DNA of 64,000 nucleotides from Diadema antillarum (lineage: Eukaryota). A program made the translations under genes and the position numbers. The stretch lies in assembly GCF_040938485.1 (NCBI RefSeq), contig NW_027271058.1:434001-498000 (forward strand), in the 5' to 3' direction. Below, piece by piece: positions 26,781 through 39,524 of this stretch. Every line of letters begins with the position of its first letter. The stretch's first letter is position 1. Below the pieces are notes generated by a model. That model was given only the letters and a program-made list of their open reading frames with translations. It was not told where the DNA came from and made no database searches.

Positions 26781-27857
26781 TTTCAACTAATGGATTAGTA
26801 CAGATAGAATACGGCTTGGCAGGTGCATAAACCAGTTACGTTATAACGAGATCCTAAAACTCAGTATGAGACTAGATAAGACACCCGTCTACAGTGCGAG
26901 TAGTGCAGTCAAAACGTTCACTCATTCTGGAAAAGAATTCTAGATCCATCGCTTACCTGTGATTAGGTAATATCTTTGTTAACTCTTAAAGGTATTTAAA
27001 CTGACTAGCTGAAGCCAAAAGAAAAATACATGGCAATGATATCATGGATAACTTGTGTTGCTTGTCATGTCAATCCCCATGTCACAACCCATGTAATCTT
27101 ACTACATGTATGAACTTACATACAGTTGCTTTCTCTAAATAGTACAGTTGAAATGGCAAAGGCTCCTTGGAATTGTGAAAAACATTTTTCACAAAAACAT
27201 GAAAAGGTCACTCTGCACAACAAGTTTCATAACAATTTCATAAAATGTACGGGAGTGTTTTGCTCTGATACATTTTAAGGTATGGTTTTCTTTTCTCTTT
27301 AACTGTGGTATCATGGCAATAAGTTGGTTTGATGAACATACAAATCATGTCTTGTATATTATAATGACAAAAAGAATCATATTGTTTTTCTTTGGTCTAC
27401 ATAACATCATCAGTTCATTTTCATTAAAGCACAAATTAAATGCTGATATATCAAAAAAGAAATATGTCATTGCCATATGTCTCCAGGAAACCATGAGGAT
27501 ATTAAAAAAATCACACTTTGATAGGGAGGGAATATGACATAGACTTACAGGGAAAGGTGTACTTGTGCAATTCTTTCAGTATAAAGCAAAAAGATATTTA
27601 GTTTACACTAAATTTGCCCCCCTCCAAGAAATATTCTAGTACTCACATAGTTGGTATCTTTAACAGCATTTCATGTGGCAGTACTGAGTAGCAGTAATAC
27701 TCTGACATTGTTTGGCTATCACTGTCCCTTTAAGCCTTTGATATTTCATTAAACACTCTTTTCTCTGGAAAGGGCAAGGTAGAAAAAACATGCTAACCTT
27801 GCATGTGAAACAAAAATGGGAAAAAAAAAGCCAGTGCGGTCATTTTTGTGCAAAGAA

Positions 27858-27900
<43 letters not shown>

Positions 27901-29443
27901 ATTTTAGTACCAATCAGCCAGTGACAATTAGCAAAAATAAAACAGCCTGTGGTGGGACGCACAGAGCAGATCATATGTCAATAGCAAACATGTTATTTCT
28001 GAAATCAGTAGAGTGCCAAGTGAATGATGAGATGGTGTAAATATTTTTCTATTCTGAACGTGAAATCATCCTCACAAAATACACTGACATAGGTGTCCTG
28101 TTGACACAGTGTGCTCCCATACCGGTGTACGGATCACTTCCACAGGTTGGGTGGAACTTTTACAGGTCACTATTCAGCATGTGCTGAAAAGCACCCATAT
28201 GAGCGCTAAACTTATTCCCTTGAAGACTCTTAAACTCCTCAATATCTTTGCACAGAGACCCACTTGGTTCCCTTCAGCAAATGGTTAAAGGGAAAAGTCA
28301 TCCTGATATATTGTTGCTTGGTATGAAAACAGGAAACTCACAGAAGAAGATCACTGAAAATTCAGGGGGAAATAGTACATATTAAAAATATATGTATATA
28401 CATTTATACGAATAATATACAATTGTAAGTTTACAAATTCACAGTTCTGCAACAAATCTTTTAATAGCTGTTGAGGTCTTCACCGAGACAATTTTTTTTT
28501 TTCTCAAAAAATTGAGCTGAAAAAGGAAATGGCCGCTTTCGAGTTGTGAAAAACATTTTTCATCAAAACATCTGAAGGTCATTCCATGTAAAAGTTCTCT
28601 AACAATTTCATCAAATGTTTTAGATGACTTTGCTCCATATATTCTTTTTTTTTTACTCTGAACTGTTATCATGGCAATGAATTGGCTTGATAAAATTATA
28701 AACCATGTCTTGCCCATTACCACAAGGCAATCACAGGTACCACAGGCTTTACTTGCTGAAAAACATAATTAAAATTGTGGAAGTAATTCGCTCCACGAAA
28801 TTTCATCCTAATCAATGCAATCTATGGCAAAAGCATGTCACTCACTCAAACAACTATTTCACGCATACAATTTGTAAAATTGCAAGAGCAATTCATATCT
28901 TAAGATCTGAAAGAAGTATATAAAAAAAAAAAATTAAGTAGATTGCACCATAAAGTTGTTTCTTGGAATTATATGGTTGCCAAAGAGACAATCCATAATA
29001 CACACTCAAAAGATGTATGTTGTTAATATACATGTGATTATTGTCACATTTCCTTTTTTTTTCTCAAATCTCTATAAACTTTGAAAAAAGTCACTCGACC
29101 ACACTGTCCCACCAATGCACTTTGTGCTATCTCTGATATACCCCTGCAAGCTCTGTTTGGTGGGGTATACTGGAGTTTGGAGTGCACGACCATCATCTCA
29201 ATATCAGCTGACGGCATAGTTAGGGTAGGTGGCATTAAAACTTTATCCCAATTTCAACATATTTCCATAGCAGAGATTTCTGAAACAACCATGACAACCA
29301 TAACTTAGAAATTAAAAAAAATTGCCAGACCTCACCATGTTTGTCTGTTGATGTTGTTGCTCTTCTTCTTAATCACAATTCTGACAGTTATAAAGCGCAA
29401 CCTCCTACGTATCAAAAAGTGATGTATGTGCATACACTACATA

Positions 29444-29640
29444 CTGTACGAACTGAAATTTTTGCGTACAGATATTTTCGCGAATTGCTACTTGGAGGAC
29501 ATTTGCGCGTGTTGTTAATTTCGTGGCTGCGACGGTCTAACTGAACGTAAGTATTTGCGCGTTGTTATTTTCGCGTGTTGTTATTTTCGCGGTTCAAAGG
29601 CGATTCGTTAAAACAACCGCGAAAATTTCAGCTTGTACAG
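29444..29640. mobile_element. TA-flanked MITE (CTGTA...TACAG termini, ttttcgcg motifs)
   Basis: ta|ctgtacgaactgaaattttt ... aaaatttcagcttgtacag|ta. Confidence 0.8.
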
Positions 29641-31805
29641 TACGTGCATAGTGGAATCAAAGAAGCCAATATCTAGACAGGATCTACTGACTATGAAAGA
29701 TGATGTGCCATGGTTTCACGTGGTAAGATAGTGTTAAGACAGAGAGTCCCTGTCAAGTTAAGGTGGAAAATGAAAGTTCCAAGAGAGTGCATATTATGAA
29801 ACCGATAATAAGAACAATTACAGGACCTGGCACAACTTGTTATCGTACAAACAACCGCTGGCAAGAGGAATTACAATTTCAAGGAATTAGATTCATGCAT
29901 TCGGAATACCAGGTAGTGTTGCACACTCTCTTTTTAACCCATTCCATACTGAATTCTGAAATTCCCATAGAGCTGATACACAGGCTAGCAGGTCCCCTAA
30001 TGGAACAGGTTCATTCCAAGAGACATGGTGATTGCTCAATTTCATCAAAATCTGACCTAAACTGAGAAAGCTTACAGAATTTTCAGGATTCACATGTTTT
30101 CATTTGAAAAAAAACAAAACACACAAATTGGAAAGGCCAATGATGTCATCACCCAATATCTCTCCTACTGGTTTGCTCAATGAATATGGCTAAAGTCATA
30201 TATTTGGGGTCAACGACCTGGCAGTGCATTGCCCCTGAAGGTCATCATTGCTAGGTCTCTGCACTTTAAAGGAAAACTTACAAGGTAATGACATCATCAC
30301 CTTTGCCAAAATAGATATTGAAAACCAGGAATTTTCCTGTGCATTCCAATGCCGTGAAATTTGCAAGAGGCAAGATTTGCAAAATAAATCGACAAGAAAG
30401 TCTTGTCTACGCTATATGCATTGACTGCCAGTGGCAATTGTTTTCAAAAGTTTCATGCCGTGAAACATTCTTGCTTTTAGAGTGAGTGGTTGCTACAAAC
30501 ATCCCTGATTGGTGAGACTCCTACTATTTTGTTCAACTAATTTTACTCTTTATTGCAACTGACTGATAAATTGCCTTTCATTAATGTAAATAAGCAATGA
30601 TTTTTCAGTGTTTTGATAGTAGCCGAGATACAAAAATTATGGGCATTCATACTCTGACTGGATTCAAACCAATAATCTCCTGATTACTATATCTACAAGA
30701 CTACTGAGCTTACACACAACAGCCAGTATTGGTTCTAATCCACGTAATAATACAAACAATGATAATTAGGAAGCTCCTGTAGCAACTGATCTTTCATATG
30801 ACTACTCACCTGAGAATGACACTAAATCCTCTCCGATGCATACAATCAAATTTACAAGTTAAAAAAAGAAAAGAAAAAAAATAGTGCTTCAAATTAAATG
30901 TAGACTTTGCAATGTCAGTAGCATAAATCAAATAGACTGGAATATAAAGACATGAAATTAAAGTTTACAACCTACAACTTCTTTAGAGTTAAGGTTTTAT
31001 GACACTACAGTAAGTAAATGCTCTCCATGATGTCTCAAAACTCCATAATCCGCGGACAGATGATCTATTTTGGTCTACAAAACACCACTATATTTTTGTT
31101 TGTCTCTGGGCAACCCCAAGGACTGAATGAATGACAACTAAATGAAACAAGGAATGAATGTCATACCTGCATTTTGCGAAAACATGTGGAGTTCTTTAAA
31201 TCTATAATCCACTGGCACGTTTGTCACAATTTTACCCAATCAAGACAGCCTCAATGTGGATAATGCCTGCACTGCTAATCTCGTACCCCCCCCCCCCCCC
31301 CCCCCATCGTGCCCCCAACATACAACAAGGACAGAGTAAATGGCAATTGTACAACACTCATTTTAAGGAAAACTTTTCTGATGTCTACCCTAAAATATCC
31401 TCCTGAGCTGGCTTCTGAAGTAACTGTATGTAAGATACTTGTCGATTAACCTTTTGCCTACATTAACAGAGTAGATCTTTTGCAATTCTGTGGACTTCAG
31501 AATCTTGTGGGGAAGAGAATAAGAGAAGAAAAATACTGGTGGGAATAGTGGGGGAAGGGAGAGGGAGGGTTAAGGTTATAGTTGGTGCTGGGTTATCTGT
31601 CCTAGACCGTTCAGAAACAGCACCATTCTCAAGTCTGGACATTAGTCTCAAAAGCAGCGTCTGATTAGTCCCATCAAAACAACAGGGGGAAGGACGACGG
31701 CATTTCAAGTACACTGTCCCTCCGTACATATCAAAAACAGCTGCAAACAACACCTTGATTAGTCTTCTGATGCAAACAACACGCCGCCCTTGCTCAACTC
31801 CAATG

Positions 31806-31806
<1 letters not shown>

Positions 31807-31862
<56 letters not shown>
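31807..31862. repeat. (CA)n microsatellite, read as (UG)n in the CLC 3' UTR
   Basis: Pure CA run starting 56 nt after the stop codon. Confidence 0.97.
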
Positions 31863-31864
<2 letters not shown>

Positions 31865-31918
31865 TAAACATGTATTGGGGGTTAGTCTGGAATAGACTTC
31901 TCATTTGCTCCTTCTCCA

Positions 31919-32194
31919 TCAGATATCACTCACTGATGCAAGTTCTACATGGATGGTGTCTTGTCCCGAGGAAAGTCCATTGTTTAAGACGGGCGGGGCG
32001 GGGTGGAGGACCGGGGCCAGTTTCTCCTCCATGCGGAAGCCCATGAGGTCTTTTCTCGTGATGATGCCCACCACGTTGTTTCGGCTGTCGACAACCGTCA
32101 GATGGCGCAGGCCGAGGGTGCGGAATATGATGTACGTCCGGTGGAGGGAGAAGTAGTCGGGGATGCACGGCGCCGACCGATTCACATATGGCAT
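31919..32194 (-). CDS. CLC terminal coding exon, CBS2 (MPYVNRS...RHLTVVD...GIITRKDL...SDI*)
   Basis: CAG acceptor; CBS2 motif; TGA at 31921-31919. Confidence 0.95.
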   Translation of the reverse strand: MPYVNRSAPCIPDYFSLHRTYIIFRTLGLRHLTVVDSRNNVVGIITRKDLMGFRMEEKLAPVLHPAPPVLNNGLSSGQDTIHVELASVSDI

Positions 32195-35100
32195 CTGCAG
32201 ACGGGGAACACGTATTGATATTAAAACTGAAGGGGAATGCTTACCCAAAATAAATGTGCAGATTCATTGAATGCTGAAATATGAGTGGTACGCAATGGTG
32301 AAATTCGAGAAAAATCATCAAACAATCCATTCAGAGAATGTGAATTTTTAAAGCTTGGATTAAATCCATTAAATCTATCATCACTGGATAAGTTCACCAC
32401 AACAATTTGTGATGTTATGGCAAGACAATATAACGAAAATACAGAGAGAATTTCACAAAATTTTATGCTTTTAAAAGAAAAAGCACACATTCTTTTGACT
32501 TGTTACTGACCCTTGTTAAGAGTAGTATGCTTCCCCTGGGCCTCTTGAATGAGGTTAATCAAGTGCTCTTCCATCATGTTAACAAAGCAAAAAAAGAAAA
32601 GAAAAAAGCAGAATCTTTTTTATAGTTTCTTTTACATTGTTGCCCTGCTGTGACATAGCAAACTGGAAAAGAACTCGGAGAGTGCAGACCTCCGCCAAGC
32701 AGCTCCTTTCCACCTTCATACACATTTGTATGCTAAAAATGGCCCTGTTTCTCATACACAATGATAAAGAATCCTCTCTAGTGTTTCTACCTTAGCTTTT
32801 TACTACGCCTCAAGCACACGCTCATATATATAAGTTTACATATGCACACCTCAAATACACGCAGCTTGAATTCCCTCCTACGTTGGCCCTATTTCCCATA
32901 GATAATCCTTCATAAAAATTCTCAAGAAATTCCCAGATCCAGGCAGTGATCCTAATCACTACCAAAATTTAATCTTCTGTTCTCTGAGTCATTGTTAACT
33001 TTTCCTGAAAATTCAAATCCATTCGTAACTTTTTGGGTTATTTTGCAAACAGACAAACGAGCCAATGCCAACAACATCATAACCGTCTAGGCGGAGTAAT
33101 CATGCTGTGTTCTGATTCTTAGATTGTCTAAATACCTGCAACCTTTCTTCAAACCTTTTGGGGTTACAGAAAACATGTGTACAGTGATCACCTTTATTTC
33201 GTCTTGCTTGCGGGGTATGAAAGTCAATAGGAGAAAACAATGGTGGAGTTTTCCACAAATCACTTCACTTCATGTGGGTATGTGTGTGTATGTCATATTA
33301 ATGTAGGACAGCACCTCTCATTAATCTTATGAACCACAACCAACAGGGTCAGATCCAGGAATTCTGTTAAGAGGGAGGCACTAAAGATGGTTTCCTTTCA
33401 CATTTTTGTTTGAACAAAAAATAAAGCGGTGGATCCACCACTGAGAGATTAGTATCAGAATATCTTACCAATGTGATATACAGGTCGTTGTATCTCTCCT
33501 CTTCAGTGTAAGTGTGAAGCATGTCCTTTGCGGCTCTGTCGTCTTTCAAGTGGTCCAACCTCACCTATTAATCGAAAGCAAAGCATTTCACATCAAAAAC
33601 CCAATGTTCGGGATACTTCCAGTCATGACATACTGTGAAAGCTGTTATTTTTCGCGCACAGATATTTTTGCAAATGTGGAGTCAACAGACATTTTTTGCG
33701 AGTTGTTTTGGCGACTTGACAACCAGGCTATCGTAAGTGCATTGAGATTAATGCCTGTCTATTCATGCCGCCACTTTACTGCTGCAAATTTTCTTTGCTG
33801 CAAATTTAATGTAAAGACGTTCAGGTAGCAATACGTTCAAATGTTGCTAAATTTGCAGCCCAACAATGATTAATGAAAATTAAACCCTTGCAAATATAGC
33901 AGCTTTTATAGTAACTTATATCATGATATCATACATTAAGTATAGAGCTGCGGTGAAAGAAGACATTATGAAATAAATTTGGTGGTCGCAGTCTCATTCA
34001 CATCTTATGAAACCAGGGCCCTATCTGTCATGAAGTGTTTTTGATAGCAACTCCTGCTGAAATGCCAAGAATTCAGCTTCCTGATTGGCTGTTATGTTGC
34101 TACCAGAAGTGTCATTATTATTGCAAGAGATGCTATCCTTATGAAATGGGCTCCACAGGGGGTGTTTCACTAAGGATTTAAGATGACCTTTTTACTCAAG
34201 CCAAGCACCAACCCACTGCATACCATCATGTCATGTGCCACATCTACGGACATTGATCATATTCGGGAGGCAACAGCTTACGTATAAAGAGGTAGATGTT
34301 ACAGTGAAGCCATATGGCTTGAATGACTGTGGAACCTGGGCGAGCCCACACTTTTTCACAGTCATCAATGCTTATTAGCTTGACTGCAGAACAATTAAAG
34401 GGCAGGCCGTACCTACTATTGTGTTGCTTGATACGAAAATAAAAAATGTGTATGACTGAGAACAATCAGAAACTTGATACTAAAGTTTTGTAAATAGTAA
34501 ACTAGTAGGAGAGTACGGCAAATTGTCAACTCTGTATGTTGAGTAGCTCTTGATTTTTTGTGTGCACTAAATAGTATAAAGTCTCCTCTCTCTTTAAAAT
34601 ATCTGGGCATGAATATTCATAATCCACTGAGGAGAGCACAAAGAAATCTATTACTGTATACGCTATATATTTCGCGGGGGTTTTATTTTCGCCAATTTCG
34701 CGAGTCGGGAGCTATTCGCGAAATTAACAACACGCGAAAATATTACCTTCCAAAATGAATCCCTTGCCTTGATGATACAAACATTTCAGTACTAGTATAC
34801 CATGTCATGGCTTACCGAACAGACCATACTGGCTAAGCTTGTTTACGTACATATACATGTAGCACATCCACGTCTACTTACGAATACTGTAGAGAGCCAA
34901 TCCATTATCGCAAGGGGACCACTCATCAGAAATCTAGCGCCATGGACTTAACCACTTCAAAAATGTTGAATTCTAACTTACTAGTTTGCAGAGTTTGGTA
35001 AGTTTTTTTCATGCAGTGTATAACTAGTATCATTTTTATTTGCTAGTAAGTTGAAAATTCACACTTTCTTTGCCACTTCATATTTTCTCTGGTCCCCCAA

Positions 35101-36054
35101 TCGCGAATTTAACCACTCGCGAAAATGTGTGAGAGCGGCAATTCGCGAAAATTTATGTACGCGAAAATTATAGCGTATACAGTACTGTAAAAGTGGATAT
35201 TTTTGCGGGACTAATTTTTCGCGCTTGGCCGGGTAAGAAGAGTTTCGCGTGTTTTTAATTCCGCGGAATCAAGACATCAGGCACAGGAAGATATGGTTAG
35301 CAAAAATATTCGTGTGCTTTTATTTTCGCAGTAGTTTCTGGTTGCGCGAAATGCACGAAAATTTCAACACCGCGAAAATTTCCACTTTTACAGTAAACTA
35401 ACTACATATCAAGAACAGGCTGAAAAAAAATTTTCTCAGGAGAAAAGTAGGAATTGGTGAATTTTTGTGTACAAATCAAATGAAGAACTGCTCATCACCA
35501 GGATCATACAGTTGACAATTTGCCTTACTTTCTCTACACACTTAACATTCATAACTTTCTTATGTGTCCAATTTTTTTCCCCAAAAAATCTACACGGATC
35601 TACATCTCTGATTTTTCTGTTTTCGTAAAGCAACATAATGTCAGACTGGAATTCCCCTTTAATCAAGAAATAGCAGTCAAAGGGGTAATACTCCCATTCC
35701 ATAGAAATTTTCTCTCATCAATCACTCATCGGAAGCTAAGTTTGTCGCTTCCGGCCACCTACCGAGGCGTATCGAATTGCAGTCCGATGAATCCGACTTG
35801 TGTTGGTGGACTATCAGGTAAGTGTAAGACATGTCGGGAACTGATCCGATGAGGCAAGATTGTCCGATGAGGATCACGCACGACATATCTGACATCTCAC
35901 CTGATAGTCGACCAACCAAGTCGCATTCATCAGACTGCGATCCGATATACTTTGGTGGGTGCCCAGAAGTGATAAACTTTGCTTCCAATGAGTGACCGTT
36001 GACAGAAAATTTCTGTGGAATGGGGGTATAAGAAGACTACAGACACATGTACAG

Positions 36055-36131
<77 letters not shown>

Positions 36132-39100
36132 ATGACATGATGATACAGACCTTTTGGTAATCTAGGACATTGATTTCAGGAGTCTCTGAACTCGCATCCG
36201 TGGGAGCCTCAAAGAGTTGTTCACTGTATAGAATCACCATCAGTTCCACCCTAAATAGGCAAACAGAATAAGACATGGTATATTCATCGGGGAACAAAGG
36301 TCAACAAAGAAAATTGTGTAGAACTGAATGATGACAGAAGAGCAAGGAGATACTCCAGGTCAAGACCAAAACATCAACAGGTTCATAATTTCTTCTTACC
36401 CCTGCCAGTTTTTGTCACAAATTTATGCTCACATTCAATTCTGATGACACATTAAAAAAAGAAAAAATCAACTGTGGACAAGTTTTCACCAAACCTGTAC
36501 ACATTTTTGTTCTTTCCAATGGAAAATGTGAAATCTTTGGAAGCAACAGCTACAAGAAAAGTCACTTGCAACTTCTTTCATTCCAATAGGGCAATCCAAC
36601 CCTATACTGTTTCATATCTGGTTCTTATTGTACTATAGTACGTATATCGTGTAGCATCATTTCAAAATTCAAATATGGCTTATCTGGTCTATCTTTTTTT
36701 TTTCCTTTTTTTTTTAACTGATATTCAATGGCCTCATCCTGATAAACAAGTATCACTGCACAACAAAGACCTCCACTACAAACGCACAAAAAGTTGACGC
36801 TAATCCTTCACACTGATATTCATGAGATTTCTTCCCTACATTCACACACATGACAGGTGTGTAATTAGTATACATATTCTCTTCTAATATTATTGTGTCC
36901 ATATCTGATGAATTGGCTTTATGAAATGCTGCACACAGGCACTGGTCCGACAGTTCAGGACCAGTAAAAATCACGGCCAGACCAGGAACTTTTTCAGGAA
37001 TGGACCATTACAAATTGGAAAAACTAGGTACCTGCTGATCCGACAGACAGGTCAGACCAGTCGAAAAAATGGGTTAGTGTGCAGCCCTGCTCTATGAACT
37101 CAACCTTACCTTGCAAAATATCTACACAAATAATGACAAAGCATTGCACCTCACCTGGTGATGATACCCATAAACTGGTTCGCTGCCAGGGCATCCTCTC
37201 CCCCTTTGACGACGGGGAATCCCCCGTGGTCCGTCTCCAGGAGAAGCATAGCCAGGTCGCTGACTGTCATCCTTGGCTGGACAGTCCTAACCGGTGAGGC
37301 CATGGCGTGCCGTGATTGGTAGAGCTCCAAGTTCACACTGGCATTGTCCATTTGGATTTCACACACACAAAAAAAAAAATGATAATAATAGCAAAAAACA
37401 TGATTTTTTATAAATCAGTGTGTCCAAACAGAATTTCTTTACACACAATTTTGAAATGCACAACAATTACAGCATCAACATTCATACAAAATATTTCTCA
37501 GAACTTGAATATGATGGTTAATATCAAAATACCTTTAATGCAATTTTCTCCTCCAATAAATGGGAAACAAATACTCTTCTCATATTTTGTGGTAGCAAGA
37601 TCTAATCTTACACCTTCAGGAAATTACTATAACGTAATGGACGAGAGTGTTGCTATGCCCCAGATATATCTATGTCATCATCCACACAAAGTGCTACGAA
37701 TAAAGTAGTTACTTTTGCTTACCACTACCTACCACACAGCAATTTTTAAAAAACCCTATGACATACACAACTTTATGTACATAAATTAAAACAGACATAA
37801 AATACGACACTGAAGAAAAAAATAAACACTGATGCTCAAAAAAAAAGGGTGAGATGCACTCTTTACACATACAACAGGGAGGGCTCGACACCAACTCTTA
37901 TCTCTTGTGGCCCATTGGGGGCCCCTAGAATCTTTGAAAGTTGAAATTTTGATGATCCAATTATACAAATGATGACATAAATGGTATCCCGGAGTACCAA
38001 ATGAAAATCAGCCATTTTGTTGAATTATTTATTGTTTTAAAAAGGTTGTACCCTGGGTTGCCAAAAAGTGGAAATTATTTTGGTGCTGGAGCTAGCGCGC
38101 GCTAGCCACTGCACTGCACTGCACTGCACTGCACTGCACTGAAGCACACGCTATTGCTAGCACAGCGTGCCATGCATGCATAGTATAACATGCAGTGGCA
38201 TGGGAATGACTATGTACACGCACGCACAGTGCATGCATTTCTCTGTGACTGTCCTCGAGTGGACGTGAGGTGGTGCTACACAACGTGTTACCCCGGGGTA
38301 ACGCGTGATGCACCAAATACATTTTGAATTTTAGCTGCCATATCGGGCCACAAAAAGATTTTCGCAAAATCTGGGGGCCCAATATCAATTTTTAGTGTCC
38401 CCGGGCCACCGCTAATGTCGAGTTCTACAATGATAATAGGTTATCAACTTTAATTTGACAGAGTGCCGCTTGGACTCACTTTTTGCCTTCGTGCATGATG
38501 ACCGGTTCTTCGTCCAGGAAGGGGATACACTTGACCTCTAGGAGGGCGTGGTAGAGGGGGTGGGTGATGAAGTCCCCCACCCATTTGGCCACCATGATGG
38601 CCACCATGATCGGCAGCAGGAACTGGATGTCATTGGTTATCTCCATCTTGGTAGTGGACAAAAACAAAGAGGAGGATGGGGTGGGGGAGAAAAGGTTGTG
38701 GGGAATAAAGATAATAGTTATTTAAAGGCATTATTTACCATTTGCAGTTGCAACAAAAACCCAGCTTAAGTGCTTCAAAATAGTTCTAAAATGTGAGTTA
38801 GAGATAAAAACAACCAATGTAAAAATGTTAATCAGTGTAATCAATATTGATTATTGTTGCATATACAAAATGTGAACAATTGTTATAATAAAATTGTTGG
38901 TAGAATAAACCGTCTAATGTTAAGGTTTATTGAGAAAAATAGTGATATCTCCTTATATTTTAGGCTTTATTGTGAAATGTTTATACGGTAGGATGTTTTG
39001 TGATACAACTGACCAACACATATGCATAAAATGTGATAACTCAAACATTTTTTAAATCACTGCTCCCAATGGTAAAATATACCTTTGATGTACTATAGAA

Positions 39101-39480
39101 AAACAAGTTTTCTCAGTATTGATAATTATTAAACATGATTGTTCTGCTGAATATAATTAGTACCTTTTTACCATACTGAGGTCCTCAGACCTTTACAGCA
39201 TCCATGTAGTTATCATCATCATCCTGTCATTGGAATCAACCAACCCTCACAGTACACTCACTCCATTTTTCACAGTGTGAAAATCAGCTGATCTTGCTTC
39301 ATTTTCTTTCTTTCTTTTCTGAAATCCTTGTAATAATTTGCCTAGCGTCGTGTGTGTGAACAAATGAAAGAACATAATCCCATAATGCTAATAGCCACAA
39401 TTGGGTGCCCAGGGTCATGCTTTCATGTCATTGTTTAGCCATGAGTGAACAATGGCAAATGGAATTGATTTTGCATCATG

Positions 39481-39524
<44 letters not shown>

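Noticed and set aside
38640-38660. AAG acceptor of exon 13 as a mis-annotation or mutation
   Set aside because: The frame and protein alignment (TVIM-MEIT) require this junction, and AAG acceptors are uncommon but normal.
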